Numbered from the whole stretch's first letter, positions 25,528-39,886 are shown. The stretch: 63,924 nt of DNA, filler included, from Neolecta irregularis DAH-3 (GCA_001929475.1; 10 parts of 10 records of this genome joined end to end with filler, not necessarily neighbours in it), one strand, 5' to 3'. Notes: generated from the letters alone by a model not told the origin. Translations and numbers: made by a program.

Positions 25528-25605
25528 TCAATAGATCCTTGAGCTGGATATGCAAGGACATCCTCCATCTCATGCACAAACTTGAGAAATAGCAGCTTGA
25601 ATTGT
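25528..25605 (+). mobile_element. Degenerate pogo/Fot1 (Tc1-mariner) transposase fragment, CENP-B HTH region
   Basis: Q*ILELDMQGHPPSHAQT*EIAA*I restores to QWILELDMQGHPPSHAQTREMAARI by reversing transitions only. Confidence 0.55.
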
Positions 25606-26765
25606 GACTATAACAAGCGATTAAAAAAGTAGCTGCCGCACTTATTTACGGCGGCAAGGTACACACACCACCTTACCCATTGAGGACTATCAAGGGCCTT
25701 GCCACCAGATACATAAGAGGGGAGAATAAAAGGGTAGGGAATGCGCGCATATCTGTTTGTGCAGACCAGGCTTCAATGAAATCACCTTTCAGGAAAAATG
25801 AGTGGGGTGGATAGGGGGTGTCAAGACTAAAAAGCTAGTAAATGATTACAGTTAGCCGAATAATTATCAAAATAAATTCCCACTTAACCTTTTAACGTGA
25901 GTCACCAGCTCATTGAATCGGCGGCTATAACACCTGCAATCATGTCATATAAATAATTTTTAACGCACTAAAGAAAATAACAGATACTCGCAGCTGCTTT
26001 AAGCCTGATTGTGTGGAAGCACGTGACTGCTTATGAGCATGGTATGGAGAAGAATATTTTACTAGAAGTAGATTAGCCTAAAAGCAATGGAATAGGGTAG
26101 GAGGTATATTGATTTAATCCATGTGGCAGCAATAGTTTGAGCTGCGATTTCTATTCCAGTCTGTTATTAAGGAAATACAAACTCAGCCACTCTATCCACC
26201 CACCCTAGCCTATTTTCTGTAGAATACAGGATATCTGATACCTATATGTATATAGAAGGATCGAGATTATACAGCCCTGTGACCGGGAAACCCCCGCATA
26301 TACAAGAGTTCCTGAATGACATCTAGATTAAAGGAGCACATTCCTGATGGATCGTGGGAATACTTACCTTGAACAAACAGTCGAGACAACAAAACTGAGA
26401 ATTGACGGGAGGCAACGCTGGTTTCACTGGCTGCATATAGCGAGGGCTGGTGTTTTACGGGATTTATGGATGACATTATGAGAAGAATGCATTTGCTGAA
26501 ATAGATCGGGTCAGCAGAGGTCACATTGCCTATTGCAAAGAGCAGGAACGTATTTAAGGGGCGATCAGGATCGTTATAACGGATATGATGAGTTGAGTTA
26601 TATGGCACATAAACATATCGATCTACCACTCCAAATGAGCTGAGGCTGTATTCTGGGGTTTTATGAAAACTGATCAACGCTGTTCTGTCCCACCTGTGGA
26701 ATCGTCTCCAACTAGGAGGCTATTACTTCGCTATCAGTTGCACGTGCAAGCCTCAACGCCAGTAA

Positions 26766-29700
26766 ATGGCTCCTTCGTCTTTCTTGGTCTCGCTGGTTTC
26801 GCTCAAATCTTGTCTCGTTAATCTTCCTGCATCGCTGAGCGCTGCTCTTTTGACCTCTAGCGCAGTAACTTCAATTGGACAACTTGTGCTGACTTTAGCT
26901 ACCACAGAATATTGCCGTCGAGCTGGTCCACTCGAGAAAACAAGTATACGCGGGATGGACCGGAATGGTATCCAAATCGGAAGACACAATCGAAATCGAT
27001 GCTTCATTTGCCAAAGAAGTTGGCTTGGAAGATGGAATGAAGGTAAGCATGTTCTAGCCTTGTTAACAGAAAGGTTCAAGTGGATCTGCATCCTTCTCCT
27101 GCAGTAGCACATATTGTTCATGTAGAACCGCTTACTTCGGATGATTGGGAGATCATGGTGCTTTGATAAGAGGAACTTGACTAATACTCACAACCAGGAA
27201 TTGCATGCATCGTTCTTAGAACTAAATCTCATCTCACAAGTCCGGGTAATTTCGTATGAACACCCATTTACGGTGTATCTATCTTCGTCTTCAACCATTT
27301 CTCTCCGATTAAAATCTTTCGAACCATCTGCGCAGACTCGATTCGTCAGATTAAGTCCAGACGCTGAGGTTATTGTCGCCCCCAAGGTTAGAGCGGATCG
27401 AGTAGATCATAAATCTATGGGAACAATAAAACGAGACAACCGAGATCGAAATAACGTTATGACCTTGCGTACAGTAATGCGGAAAAGCGAAGAAAGACTT
27501 GATATATTCTTAGACAAGGCCAGCTGTCAACTTGGAAAATGGGCAGAGATAGCGATTTCGAAAACTGCCTTTGATGATAACAAAAGTATCGCCCAGGGTA
27601 CCTTATCAGCCGCTACAATCGTCGTCGCAGTTAATGACTGGGAGGACGTTCCAAATGGTCATGTTGGTATTTCCTCTACAGTTTCGAAATGCCTTAGCAT
27701 ACAAGGTTCAGTTGGGGAATTGCTTCGGTATTACGTTTAGAAATCGGGGTTGACTTATTTGCATAGCATCTATCCTGCTCCAATGCAGCTCAAATCAAGC
27801 ACAATAGTTATCCGTCCCTTCTCCTCTATGACCTCAATTAAGATCAATTCGGAAAAATTAAATTCTAGCGTTCTCAAAGACAGTCTTGTCCAGTTGTCGA
27901 TAATACCGGGTCCAATTACTCATAACCTGCGAATCCCGGCATGCCCTGGTCTCGCAGATGGTGGACTTTTGCAACTTGCTAAGGAAGGCTGGATTCATGC
28001 TACGGAGACTACCACATTTGAGATGGGACAGGATATTGCTGGGGAATTGATGTCGTTGTCCTATACTCCAAAGCGAGTTCTTGGGCTTGAACCGATGTTG
28101 GAGAAATCATCTAAGATAATTCGATATGATGCTGGGATTTTAGTCGTCGGAACACATGGGTCGGGCAAAAGCACGTTCATCTCATCTCTGAGAACAAAGC
28201 TAGAAGATTACCTAATTTGTTAGAATTTTGACCTGAGCAAACTAATCGCCCAGATTCACAAGTTTGCGATGCTTCTTCACTTTCAACTGAACGCGTTCCA
28301 ACAGTTATTGGGGCCTTTTCTCGGTGGTTTAATCTTGCGGCTTTCCATAATCCATCAGTACTCATCCTCGACGATCTCGATGTCCTCTTAACCGCCGAAA
28401 ACGAACATTCAGATTCTTCTCGGACCCGTCAACTAAGTGAGCTGTTCCTTTCTGTCGCATATTCTCACCGGATTCCAATCGTTGTTACCACAAAATCCAA
28501 AGATAGTCTCAATAAGATCATTACGCAAAGTCACCTCTTCCGTGAAATAATTACACTCTCTGCACCTGAAAAAATTCTTCGAGAAGAATATTTTGGTCAG
28601 TGTGTCAGCGAAACGATTGTTCGAAAGACGGAACGCTTCGGATGGGGTGATCTTGAACGGATTAAAGAACGCGCAGAGACTGAAAATACTGTTCGAAGCG
28701 AATCAATCGAAAGAAAGTTTCCGGTAACGGATGTGGACTATCTGAAAGCACTTGTGGGTTATACGCCTGTAAACCTACGTGGAGTCAAGTTACAGAAGAC
28801 AGACGTTGAATGGCGTGATATTGGAGGTTTTGACTTCTTTAATACCAATACTGACTGGAAGGGCTGAAAGCTACAAAACAAATATTACTTGAAACCCTAC
28901 TCATGCCTACCAAATATGCGCCTATATTCAATTCATGCCCCTTGCGCCTGAGATCGGGTCTGCTTCTATACGGATATCCAGGTTGTGGGAAGACTCTACT
29001 CGCAAGCGCTATCGCAAGAGAAAGTGGCTTGAACTGGATTGGCGTCAAGGGTCCTGAGATCCTTAATAAGTATATCGGTGCCTCGGAGGGCAGTGTATGT
29101 TCTCCACTCTAAGGAAGATACATTCAACTAGGTTCGTGATTTGTTTGCTAGAGCACAGGCAGCAAGGCCATGCGTCTTATTTTTCGATGAGTTCGATAGT
29201 ATTGCTCCGAAACGGTATTGTTATGAGACTTCACAAATTATTGACTTATATAAGTGGTCACGATTCGACTGGTGTAACTGATCGAGTTGTTAATCAAATG
29301 CTGACACAGATGGACGGTGCCGAAGGTCTCGAAGGTGTTTGGGTATTGGCAGCCACAAGGTATTTTCCTGATTGGATGCGTATCAAGTTTGATAGTCGTC
29401 CTGACCTGATCGACTCTGCACTTCTTCGACCTGGCCGTCTTGACAAATCCCTTTTTTGCGATATGCCCAACTTCCACGATCGACTAGATATTCTTCGGGT
29501 TCTTATTACAAAATTGAATCTCGGAAATGATGTTGATCTGACATCGCTCGCAGACAAAACTACCGGATATACTGGTGCAGACCTTCAAGCGCTTCTTTAC
29601 AATGCACACCTCGAAGCTGTTCACGATATCCTTGAGAATACTGATACATATGATGTAAAAATTGCCAAGGAAGAGATTAGGTTCGAAGTTTATAATGGAT

Positions 29701-30030
29701 CTCAAGACAAAACGGGTGTTTCTTCGATGGCGGAAAAGTCCGCCATCTTATCGACGGTGATTATACTTTCTCTGAAGATTATTTCTCATCGTCTAGCTTC
29801 AAAATATTCTTAATGAGCCCCAGAAAGAGTCGCCAGAGCAATCAAAAGTAGAGGTTGTGATACTGGAGAGGCATGTTCTCAAAAGTCTCGAGATTACTAG
29901 ACCGAGCATCTCAAGACAAGAACAGAACAGACTGAGGATGACTTATCAGGAATTTGTTTCCGGCCGGAGCGGTGAGATGCCGAATGGAATGGCAAGTCAG
30001 GAAATCGGCGGGAGAGCAACATTAATGTAA
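26766..30030 (+). CDS. PEX1: Peroxisomal AAA ATPase Pex1, multi-exon
   Basis: [62 protein letters not shown]-terminal GGRATLM. Confidence 0.95.
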
Positions 30031-31247
30031 CAAATGAAAATAAGCTTGTTAATAGATGCATCAAGTCAAAATGAGGCAACCAAAAATCATGAATCATTTG
30101 CTCCTTTAGGTCTTGGAACTGGGCACAAGCGTCAGGTAGTTCCTATCGTTCTGGTCGGTATTTTAGTTGTGACATTAATTCAGGTTGAAACAAGGGAATT
30201 GTGCGAAAGATGCGATATCGACTGGTCGAGCATTCCTTCGAAACAATAACAAGCTGTTAATTGGCCTATATGCTAGATTCAAATTCGATCGTCAAAGAAC
30301 AGGGTCGCCATGAGGTTAAAATTACATTGCTGTTTCTTGTGTCTATTCCAACGCTCTTGAGTCGTATATTACGCGTAGTCCCCTCGAACTGATTCGAAAT
30401 TTACAACAACTACCCGTCTTGATAATTAAGACACATCTCTCATACAGTTCAAAGATAAGCAGCGAATATATTCCTGTTTAGGGTTTAACCTAACCTCAAC
30501 TTTGCTAGCCATTATTGACAATATAAAAGTCCCACGGTCGATTTCTTAGATTTCTTTCAATGAACATCGAAGGCGTTAATTTCAATTCTCTCCTGATTGA
30601 TAGAGTAGTGTTTCTATAGAGGACAAAATTTATCTGATATAATATCTGTTAATCTCAAACATATTTTGCCAGGAATACTGATGTACAGTAGGATTTAAGA
30701 GTAAGCAACCTGCTTACTTTTCTAGAATATCCAATAAGATTTTCTCTCGAGTTGTAGATCGAAGGAAAGGGTTGGTGCTTCTGCCTCGCCAAAACCTCCT
30801 GTTCTCTGCAATAAATTTTGTGAACCCCGGTAAATGAATCTTGATGGACAGATAGTCTCTGCACACATAAACACTCAATTTACTTGAGAGCACTACTCCA
30901 TACTGAGGGAGAGCATATATGATGCTCAAAATGGAACATAGCTGTCCATGTTCAGAGAATTGCTATTCACATATCCCTCTACTCTGCCAGAAATATCTTT
31001 GGTCTCTGCAAACACCACCAAAACATATCTTTCCCTTAGTCATTGTTAGCTGATAGACTTTTAATCATGCACTCTCAATCCATCTCGGATACCGAGATCT
31101 CACAAGACTGTCCAACATGTGTGTGCCGATCGATCACCAACGAATGATACAACTTGAGCTTCGGTCTCCGCGGCCACCGTAATTCCGACTGTGGATATCA
31201 TATAAGGACTCTTTAAAGAGTCGATTAATACTCAGTAAAACTTTGAG

Positions 31248-32927
31248 ATGATCTTCAGTATTCATCTGCTACTTTCTGTAGTTTTTATTTCAGTTACACC
31301 AATTACTGCTGAAGATATCGAGGTCCTTTGTAATGCTCTTGAGAATTTATATTTTAACAAACTTCACCGACCAAATACAGCACCGTACGAGAAAGAGTTG
31401 CTTCGTTATTGGTCAGTTGCAAACACGAACACAAGACCACCATGTATTTTTCAACCAACCTTGGCCGCAGAAGTCTCTGAGGCCGTAAAATTGATCAGCA
31501 AAGGAGATGTACTGGTTGCTATCAAAAGTGGTGGCCATACTGCAAATGACTTTGCTAGTACTGATGAGGGCCTTCTGATTGCACTTGGGAATATGGATCA
31601 ACTTGACTATCGGAATGGACGCGCTTTTGTTGGCCCTGGGGGCAGATGGAGCCAAGTTATTGAGGTACTCGCTGCTTTTGTAAATTCCGTTAACTCATAG
31701 CAATTGGATAGTGCACTCCCCTTAAGCACCGAAATAAACTAAAAATTAGAGTATAATGTGACTGTTGTTGGTGGAAGGATCGGTAATGTTGGTGTGGGCG
31801 GTTTACTTCTTGGAGGTACTTGACCTGGAGATATAGACGTAGCCTAATTCCTTCAGGTGGCCTTAGCTTTCTCAGTCCACAGTATGGACTGGCTGCTGAG
31901 AATGTACTCAACTACCAAGTATACTTGTCAAACCTTCCCTCTCTTTTCTGACCCACAAAGGTTGTACTTGCTGACGGATCAATCGTAAATGCTAACGAAT
32001 GCGAAAATCCGGAACTGTTTTTTGGATTGAAAGGCGGGGGGAATCAGCTTGGGATAGTCACCGAGTTTACTCTCAAAACATACCCTATAGGCCTGGTCTG
32101 GACCACCTGATTCGAATCTCCTCACTCATCAAAACAGGTCTACGGGGGCGTTATATTCTACCACGGGAGATACAATACTGAATTACTGGAAGCCTTTGAA
32201 ACTTTTAGACATAAGAATGAACCCAAAGGGTCTATCGTTCTAACTTTCACCAAAACTGGAGATACTGATGTTGCGGTTTTGCTCGTATTTTTTGATGGAA
32301 CAGATCCAGGCACCTTGTTTGAAGAATTTATCAATATTGAATCGATCAAACTCGATCTTAAGATCTGGAAGTACGCTGAATTAGTATGCACAATTCAGGG
32401 ATTTCATATTGTTCTTCTGACTGAGCTAGCTCAAGAACAACGATGACCTCGCGATTGCGCCTGGACTTGGGTGGGTAATTCGGACCATCACTTACCACCC
32501 CTCACCTGAGCTTCTCCAGGTCAATTATCGCATTTGGAACGAGACGACTAATGAATTGTTGTCTTTGCCCAATACAACATATGGGATCACATATCACTTA
32601 CTCCCAGCTTCAATTTCGAACACAACTCAGAAAAGTGTACTTGATCTGGAGTCAGTAGATCTTATTTGGATTGAACTGGCGAATGCATGGAGAAATCCAA
32701 CACATAACAACATCCAGATTTTCCAGCTCAAAACTGTCGCAGATGCCGTTGAAGAAGCTAAATTAAGAATGAATCAACACAATGGCTATTTACCCTTATA
32801 TTCGAACGATGCTTGGAAGGATCAACCGGTCCTTAAGACTCTTAAAGGATATAATCACTTGAAGAAGGTTAAGCAATTGTATGATCCGCACAATTTCTGG
32901 GATAGAACCAGAGGTTTCAGGATTTAA
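31248..32927 (+). CDS. Secreted FAD-binding oxidoreductase (FAD_binding_4, BBE-like), multi-exon
   Basis: Signal peptide; IKSGGH, VVGGRIGNVGVGGLLLG/GGLSFLSPQYGLAAENV, VVLADGSIVNA, LKGGGNQLGIVT, YDPHNFW. Confidence 0.9.
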
Positions 32928-33592
32928 ACGTACATAATACAACCATTATTTAAATAATTCAAAGATTTCGTAAGTGTCTGGGTATTTATCATGCATTCCA
33001 TCGACACCAAAATATGGAAACGACAAAGATTCCACTGCTGTATTGTGAAGTTATTTCAGAACTTGAAAACTGCCCAGCAAAACCCCAGCAATATTCATAA
33101 ACTACATATCTTTCGCAGCTTCGAGTTCTGAGATGACGACTCTAACAGTAAATAAATACTTTCCAAGTGGAGTTTCAATTTTCTGTTGTAATTGGAATTG
33201 TACTTATAAACCCAATCTTGTGGACTTTTACCTGGATATCTTGATTAATTCTCTCCTACGCCCACATCCATCCCCATATGGGTTCCTATGTAAGAGGAAG
33301 ATCACAAATAGAAAAAGTCTGAAGGATAGCGCAGAATGGGAATTAGTGACATATGACCGAACTAGCCTTCCCGTATATAATAGGATGTCTATGAGAGAAT
33401 CTGATCTTCAGGGATCATTGGAATTCGAAAGTAAACTAGTCTCACCAAACAGAGGAGTGAATTGACCTATATAAAGAAATATGAAACAGGGATATAGAAT
33501 ACACCAGTCAAACGAGACTAGTAATTTACATGAATCACGTTCGGCGTTATTCTAGGAAAAGAATTGAGGTGTCGTTAGATGAAAAATGTACC

Positions 33593-34618
33593 TCAAGAAG
33601 AATTGGGGAGAATACCGAAGAAAGCTTCGAAAGGCTTGCCGGTGGCAGAGGCTTTCCAGGCCTCATTGAACGCTTCGAAAAGAACGAAAGGAGTGTTTGT
33701 AGCGATAAGGCTTTGGATAGCATTCGACTGGTCTGAGGGGGATGCGAGTGCGACGCCATTTGATCCACCAGCAGATGGCCAACCAGATTCTTTCAGATTA
33801 GTACAACAAATTAAAGCGGTGTACCAGTAATCATAACATCCGTAGTTTTACATGAATTTTTAAGGACTCCAATGGTCATGTCCATGAACTCTCCAGCTTG
33901 AGAAGAGACTCGATTACCATCAAAGTAGGCATAGCTATTGGCAGCAACAAAGTCTGAAGCGGTGCACAAAGCAGGGTTATCCCGAATAGCAACCCAGGTA
34001 TCGATAGTAACAACGCCACCGTTATAGCCTGCTGCCTTCAATTGACTTTTTGCTTGCGTAATAGCAGCTGAGACCTGCGCAGCTGTCTTCTGACCACTAT
34101 TTACTAGTTCATTTCCAACGTTGATGGCAGCGACTTTATTCCAATGACCATTGACGCCGGAGATCAACGTGGCAATGTTCGGGGAGAGATTATCAATATC
34201 TAGAATACCATAGAAAAAGGTCACGTTCCAGGAGGGGTGGCTGATTAGGGCGGCCATCGAATTGGCAACTTGGCCACAAGCAACATCGTACCTGCAAAAT
34301 TCAATATAAATGACAGATAAAGGAACAAACATTCGTACAAGGTCATAATTGTGTGAAACTAGCAAACCGAGATCTGCCTCGATCTCATTAGTGGATTTGC
34401 ATTGACCATCAGATCGAATAGCAGAGTAAGCAATCCCTTTTGTGAATACAGGCGTGGGGGTGCTTGGAGAAATAGCTGCTGGTGCTTGACGTCGAATGTG
34501 GTGACTGTGTCGAGCTATCATGTAAATATTAAATTATAATAGACTGGTCTCTACGTATTGATATACAATTGGCGACTGTCGCAATGGCGAGTAAATACTG
34601 AAATAAGGAACGATACAT
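33593..34618 (-). CDS. GH17 cell-wall beta-1,3-glucanase/transglycosylase (Scw4/Scw10-like)
   Basis: Signal exon MYRSLFQYLLAIATVANC; GIAYS...G.CKS, VGNELVNSG, LCTASDF, IT/ESGWPS, FEAFNEAWK. Confidence 0.9.
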
Positions 34619-35799
34619 CCGATATAATTGTTGAGAAAGGAGCGAGATTTGGAAAACGAGTGTGATGCTGAGAGCGAGTTATAAGAGAATGAGCGGGATT
34701 CCAGGGACGAATTTTAAGCAAGGCAATATCTAGTAACACGACTTTTAAATTATACCTTGAAACATTCAGCCACACAACAACGCCTGAAGCCACAATCCGC
34801 AGCTGATTGAGACATATTGCAACCAGGTATTATCTATATCGTCTATTGGATCTTGCTATTGTTGATTGTTGAGTGCAGTCTATGGGCATTGTCTTCAATT
34901 TGCGAGACTTGCAAAGGGAAAGCTTAGATACAGGGCGGTTGGGTTGGTTATAACGAGGAATTCCCTATAACCTAACTCTACTATATATCTTTGTCTCGCC
35001 GAGTGGTGATCTACCACCCGAGATCATTTTTCAAGTTAGACTCGCAAGTTTGAGAAAACATGTCACAAACAACACGTCATGAAAATCATGCAACCGCGAA
35101 ATTTTCCCTTCTCTTATTTTCTAGTCTCTTATTTTCGCTATAAACTCGAGGGTACAACCTTGCATATCACAAAACGGGAGGCAAGCGATTTTACCGGCGG
35201 AAAAATCGGGAAAATGAAAGTGTGGGTTCTCCCTTTTCAACGTTAAATGAACAAAAATAATTATAAGACAAAATTTAAGAACAAAGCATATTATACGATA
35301 CTGGCAAAGGAGAATGTCCAAAGGAATGGCATATTTAACATTTCATTTCGGTAGGATTCAATTGAGGTAATTTCCCATTTATCTTTTGTGATGAGCTTTG
35401 ATGTTCTTGCAAATAAATTCAGGATTACAAATAATATGATCTTTTTTGATGAATGTAGAGGGAATAACGTACCCATCAAATAAAGGCAAATTAATATATA
35501 GAAATCTCTTTCATACCTATGATATCAACATCACGTTAACGGCAATTATCCTAAAAATACAGCAAAGTGGTGTGAATTTGTTCCATAAAGATCATTCCAA
35601 TGTATTCCCCTAGCTTTCATATTTATAAATTTTCAAACTAGTTCAATAGAAAGCTCATGGTGTTTTTTTCGGGGAAATCTCCGTATCTAACCTAGTGGAT
35701 CGGGGTTGAAATTGAGAGGAAAAAAGAGGTCTTGGCTACACCACCTCATATTGATTGGATTGTCATTATAAACTCCTCTAAAATCGCGGTATTTTTTTA

Positions 35800-36739
35800 A
35801 TGGCAACCCAAGGACTCCTTCGCTTTCTTCAACGTCGAACAATCTTATTCATTCCCCTTCTGCATACAGCGCTTTTGATAATCATGATATCATTCATCGG
35901 TCGTATAGCATCCAATTACACATTTTTCTACGAACGACGTCCGATTTTGACGTTGGCTGTGACTAATGCAGTATTGGGTGGAATATCGGATACCCTAGCC
36001 CAGACCTTTACCGCCGTATGGATTTCCCCCTGTGTACGCAGGAAAAGCTGAGTGTAGATCCGACATAGGAGGTTGAAGGCTGGACAAAGGGATAAGACTA
36101 TATTTCTTGAACTTGATGAAAAGATTCCTTATTCGCAAAAGGGTTTGCTTCCCGAGAGTAGAACGTTGCCTCCTCCATTTGAATTTGATAGGCTGGTACG
36201 GTTTATGAGTTTTGGTACGAGTTGTTTTAGACTTTGCAGACTCTGACATTCAAGGTATGTTCAATGCGCCTATTCTAGTATGATTCAGTTTATGATTTAA
36301 TGGTTTACCAGTCAGTACAATTGGTTTGGCTTCCTTGATCGAACCTTTCCAGTCCCTCAAGGAACCTTATCTGGAGGATTTGGCAAAGTGCTGATGAGAG
36401 TTGGTGTGGACCAGTGTATATTTGCCCCCATCGGTCTTTGCGTTTTCTTTACATTCATGGGACTTTCGGAAGGACATGGAATTTCTGGCGTGAAGAGGAA
36501 GTTGAATGACGTAAGACATACAAGATTATTTTCTGACGGTTAGGGATATAGTCGGGCCCTTGGAAGCAATTTTGTTGTCTGGCCGGCTGTACAATTCATA
36601 AACTTCAAGGTCATGCCATTGAGGTTCCAGATTCCATTTGTTTCGACGGTTGGGATTTTCTGGTGAGAGGAGGCGAATACAGAATGCTGACCAATGCAGG
36701 ACTATGTATCTTTCATTGACGAATGCTTCAGATGTCTAG
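35800..36739 (+). CDS. Mpv17/PMP22 family protein (Sym1-like)
   Basis: YERRPILTLAVTNAVLGGISDTLAQ, PPPFEFDRLVRFM, RVGVDQCIFAP, VWPAVQFINFKVMPLRFQIPFVSTVGIFW. Confidence 0.88.
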
Positions 36740-36908
36740 GGAGGCTTGAAGGGAGTTTGAGATACCGGTTTGCATAGCTACTACATGATGCCTCAAGCCA
36801 CAAAAGAGAGATATTAAAATAAGCCAGGGGATGATTATGGATTCCCCATGCAGCTAGACTCCAATGCAGATGCTCCGAACTATACATGTATGGAGGTAGA
36901 TGCCGCGA

Positions 36909-37412
36909 CTATGCATATGCATATCCACTCCCGACGCATATGGGTCTGATGTTGTTTCCGGCGACGGGGAATCTCTGGTCTCTGTTGCCCGTGCACTTTG
37001 CCAGGCGCTGGCGGTGGACGTACTCCTCGACGGTGGAGCGTGTGCGGGGCGGGCTGCCTGCCTGGATCGCGAGATCCTTGAGCTGCAGCTGCTTCAGTTC
37101 CTTCCTGCGGGCCAGCGCAGACTGAACCGGCGTGAGCGGCTGTGCGGGCGCGGGGTCGTCCGCGGGGTCGGGTGCCAGTGTCTCGATGTGGATTTTGCGC
37201 TGCGACCGGCGCACAGCCAGCGACGGCGGCTTGTTCTGGATGGCAAGCATCGCCCCAGCCTCGTCTGGCGGCGGCGCGGGAGCAGGCGGCTGCTCTGGGT
37301 CGGCCGGTCTGAAGAGCCACCGCCGGAGGGTTGCCGTCCAGTCGCGGGCTGCAAACGGCGGCGGCGGCTGGGGAAGCGCAGCCAAGGGAAGCGGGAGTGC
37401 AGCCGTGGTCAT
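36909..37412 (-). CDS. Hypothetical Pro-rich protein (167 aa) in a GC-rich island
   Basis: ATG-initiated ORF with G/C-ending codons; no recognised domain. Confidence 0.4.
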   Translation of the reverse strand: MTTAALPLPLAALPQPPPPFAARDWTATLRRWLFRPADPEQPPAPAPPPDEAGAMLAIQNKPPSLAVRRSQRKIHIETLAPDPADDPAPAQPLTPVQSALARRKELKQLQLKDLAIQAGSPPRTRSTVEEYVHRQRLAKCTGNRDQRFPVAGNNIRPICVGSGYAYA

Positions 37413-37744
37413 GATACAGCCGCAGCGAGACGCATACGAGAGGCGATGCGGTGGAAAAGCAGCAATGTGTTGGAAAGCAGCAATGTAAAAGCAGCAAGGT
37501 GGCTAGGAATAGAGGCGATGTGGTAGGATGTGAGGGTGGTTGGAAATTACAGCCGGCCAGCGACGATGGAGGTTAGATATAGCAGCCAGTCATACACATC
37601 CAGACTAAATAAAACAATAAGGCAGTGCGGCACCTCACCTGCGATCTATTAATAGACTCCCCACGGACGACGTCGGATCGCAAAGCAAAAGCAAAGATCG
37701 CAATAATAAACACCACAAGAACTCCATTACACCGTACAGCGCTT

Positions 37745-39185
37745 CTAGATAGTCAGAGCAATTGCTGCTGCCGGGTTTGTATGCGGGAACCGGCGCGATA
37801 GCACGTCCAGCTCGCCGAACTTGCCCTCTTTCTGCCCGCGCTTCCGAATCTCCACCTGCATCCCGCCACGCACAACGCCTACCCGCATCGTTGCAAGCAG
37901 ATTGTGCGCCGCGTTGGAATGGTCGTACACACCCCCGTTGAATGCGGCAGTCATGTCTTTTCCAATGCCCGATTTAATCAACGCTTTCCCGCCAGGGTGA
38001 CTTGAAATGAAATCCGTGACATCGTGTACAACCCCGCTCATCAAGATAAGATTCTTCTCTTTAGCTGCCTCAATATCTGGGAATCAGAAATAGTGCAAAT
38101 TTACACGTACAATCGTCGTATTCAATAACCGGCAGTTGATCGACCGGAACGCCCCAGTCCAGTCGCCCGCGCCATTGATCTAGTTTCTTTTGTCGCTGTT
38201 GGACAATTCCCTTTTGAATCTCGTTTGATGGAAACTGCCGTAGTCCAGACGCTAAACCGAGGACGTGAAAAAGGCGGATAAGCCATTTCGTCGGATCGTA
38301 CTGGTACCACTCGATTGCATTTCGATAATCGATCGGGAATCTACACACTCAGCTTGAAAAAACAAGCCCATACTCGTGGTGAAAGTTGTGGTATCCCTCG
38401 CCTAATGTCGCAAATGCAGTCAAGACATGGTCTCTTGGCGTAAGTCTATCATCAAAAGGCTGATCGCCGATCCAGTGCGCCAGCGAATTTACACAAAAAG
38501 TGGCATGATGAACCACCACAAGTCTCAGTATACCCGCAAAGAAGAATCCGCCGCGAAAATCACCCCATCCGTATCCAGCGACAACACATGGAAGTATGAA
38601 TCCCATGAATATCATGATTGGAGTGAAATGGCGGTGTTGGAATTTGACAAGTGGATCGACGTCCAAGTCGGAAATATCGGAACGGCCTTTCTTCTTGGGA
38701 TCAGGCGTCATCATTATCCATCCCATGTGCGCGTGAAAAAAGCCTTTCTGCATCGAATAGGGATCTTTCTCGGTATCTGTGAATCGGTGGTGATTGCGAT
38801 GAGCCGCTGACCTAACAATCAACCCACAAATCGAGGGGGGGACAAACCACCATCGAATGGAGCCTTGAGCAGCGCCGCTGGCAACGAGCATCAGTACGAT
38901 GCGGAGAGACAGGGACGCAGAGTATGAGCGATGTGCCCATAGACGGTGGTATCCCGCCGTTATTCCCAGCCCGGTACAGTAGTACCATATTATGGACCAT
39001 ATCAAGGTCTTTGTGTGGATTGGGGTTGAATATAACGCGTAGAGGCTGAGCAGCGGGGTACCTATTAGCGCGATGGTGTTGACCCAGCGGATCTTTTTCC
39101 AAAAATTACGGACAGTAGAGGGTTGTTCTGAGAGGACAAGATCAGGGCGGACAGCCTGAGAGTTGCGGGATGCGATCTGAGGCAT
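37745..39185 (-). CDS. OLE1: Delta-9 fatty acid desaturase with C-terminal cytochrome b5
   Basis: His boxes HRLWAH, HRNHH, HNFHH; YDPTKW; b5 motif HPGG. Confidence 0.95.
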
Positions 39186-39886
39186 GATGCAAGCCCAGAG
39201 GGAGAGTAGAGAAAAAAAAGGAAAAGACCCGCGGGATGCTGGAAAGGCTTGGAGATGGAGGTTGGATTTCAAAGAGGGATTTCCCCTTGTGAGAAGTTTG
39301 CAAGGAGAAAAGACCAAATTAGCAACCCGACCCCATGCCGTGCTTGTTTGAGCGCCACGGCAAGGAAAGGCCGGACGTGCGTGTGTCATGTCAAGCGCCC
39401 GGCTGCTTTGTCCGCCGCAGCGCGATGCTCGGTCGAGGCATCGGGAGGGAAGCGGGAAGCGGAAGCGGGAGGATTATTATTGATCTCACCCGCTCCAGAA
39501 TCTCCGGTTTCCTAACTATTACGCGCACCACCAATAATGATTTTATTATTCATATTTCTAATATTGGTCGCATATTCAGCTATTCTAATACAGCTTCATT
39601 GATAAACTCCGTTTTGTAGACCGATATGAAGATATATATTGACAATATATCTCTGGTGGGTGGGTGGGTGGATTACTAATCCACCCGGTGGGTCGTACTG
39701 ATTGAGTTTCACTTGGGAAACTTTCCCGTTCTTCGTCCTTCTATTTGACTCATTTGATTTTACCCAGTGCATTATTTTGAATCGTTTTCCTATCGGAGGC
39801 AGTTGCAGAACAAAAGTGTCTCATCCGTTTCCGGAACAATTTTATATAATTCCCTTTCCGCCCGCCATTTCTGGAAACTCGCCGAT

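Noticed and set aside
26267-26677. 136-aa minus-strand ORF upstream of PEX1
   Set aside because: No ATG start and no recognisable motif; unsupported
33133-33465. 110-aa ORF between the FAD oxidase and GH17
   Set aside because: No recognisable domain or signal; may be a chance ORF
31248-39185. Possible biosynthetic cluster (FAD oxidase, desaturase, nearby hydrolase and ABC transporter)
   Set aside because: No backbone synthase; interspersed genes are ordinary housekeeping genes and some lie on different contigs
39667-39690. Hairpin gggtggattactaatccaccc as a possible Helitron 3' end
   Set aside because: No clear CTRR terminus or other copies in the window
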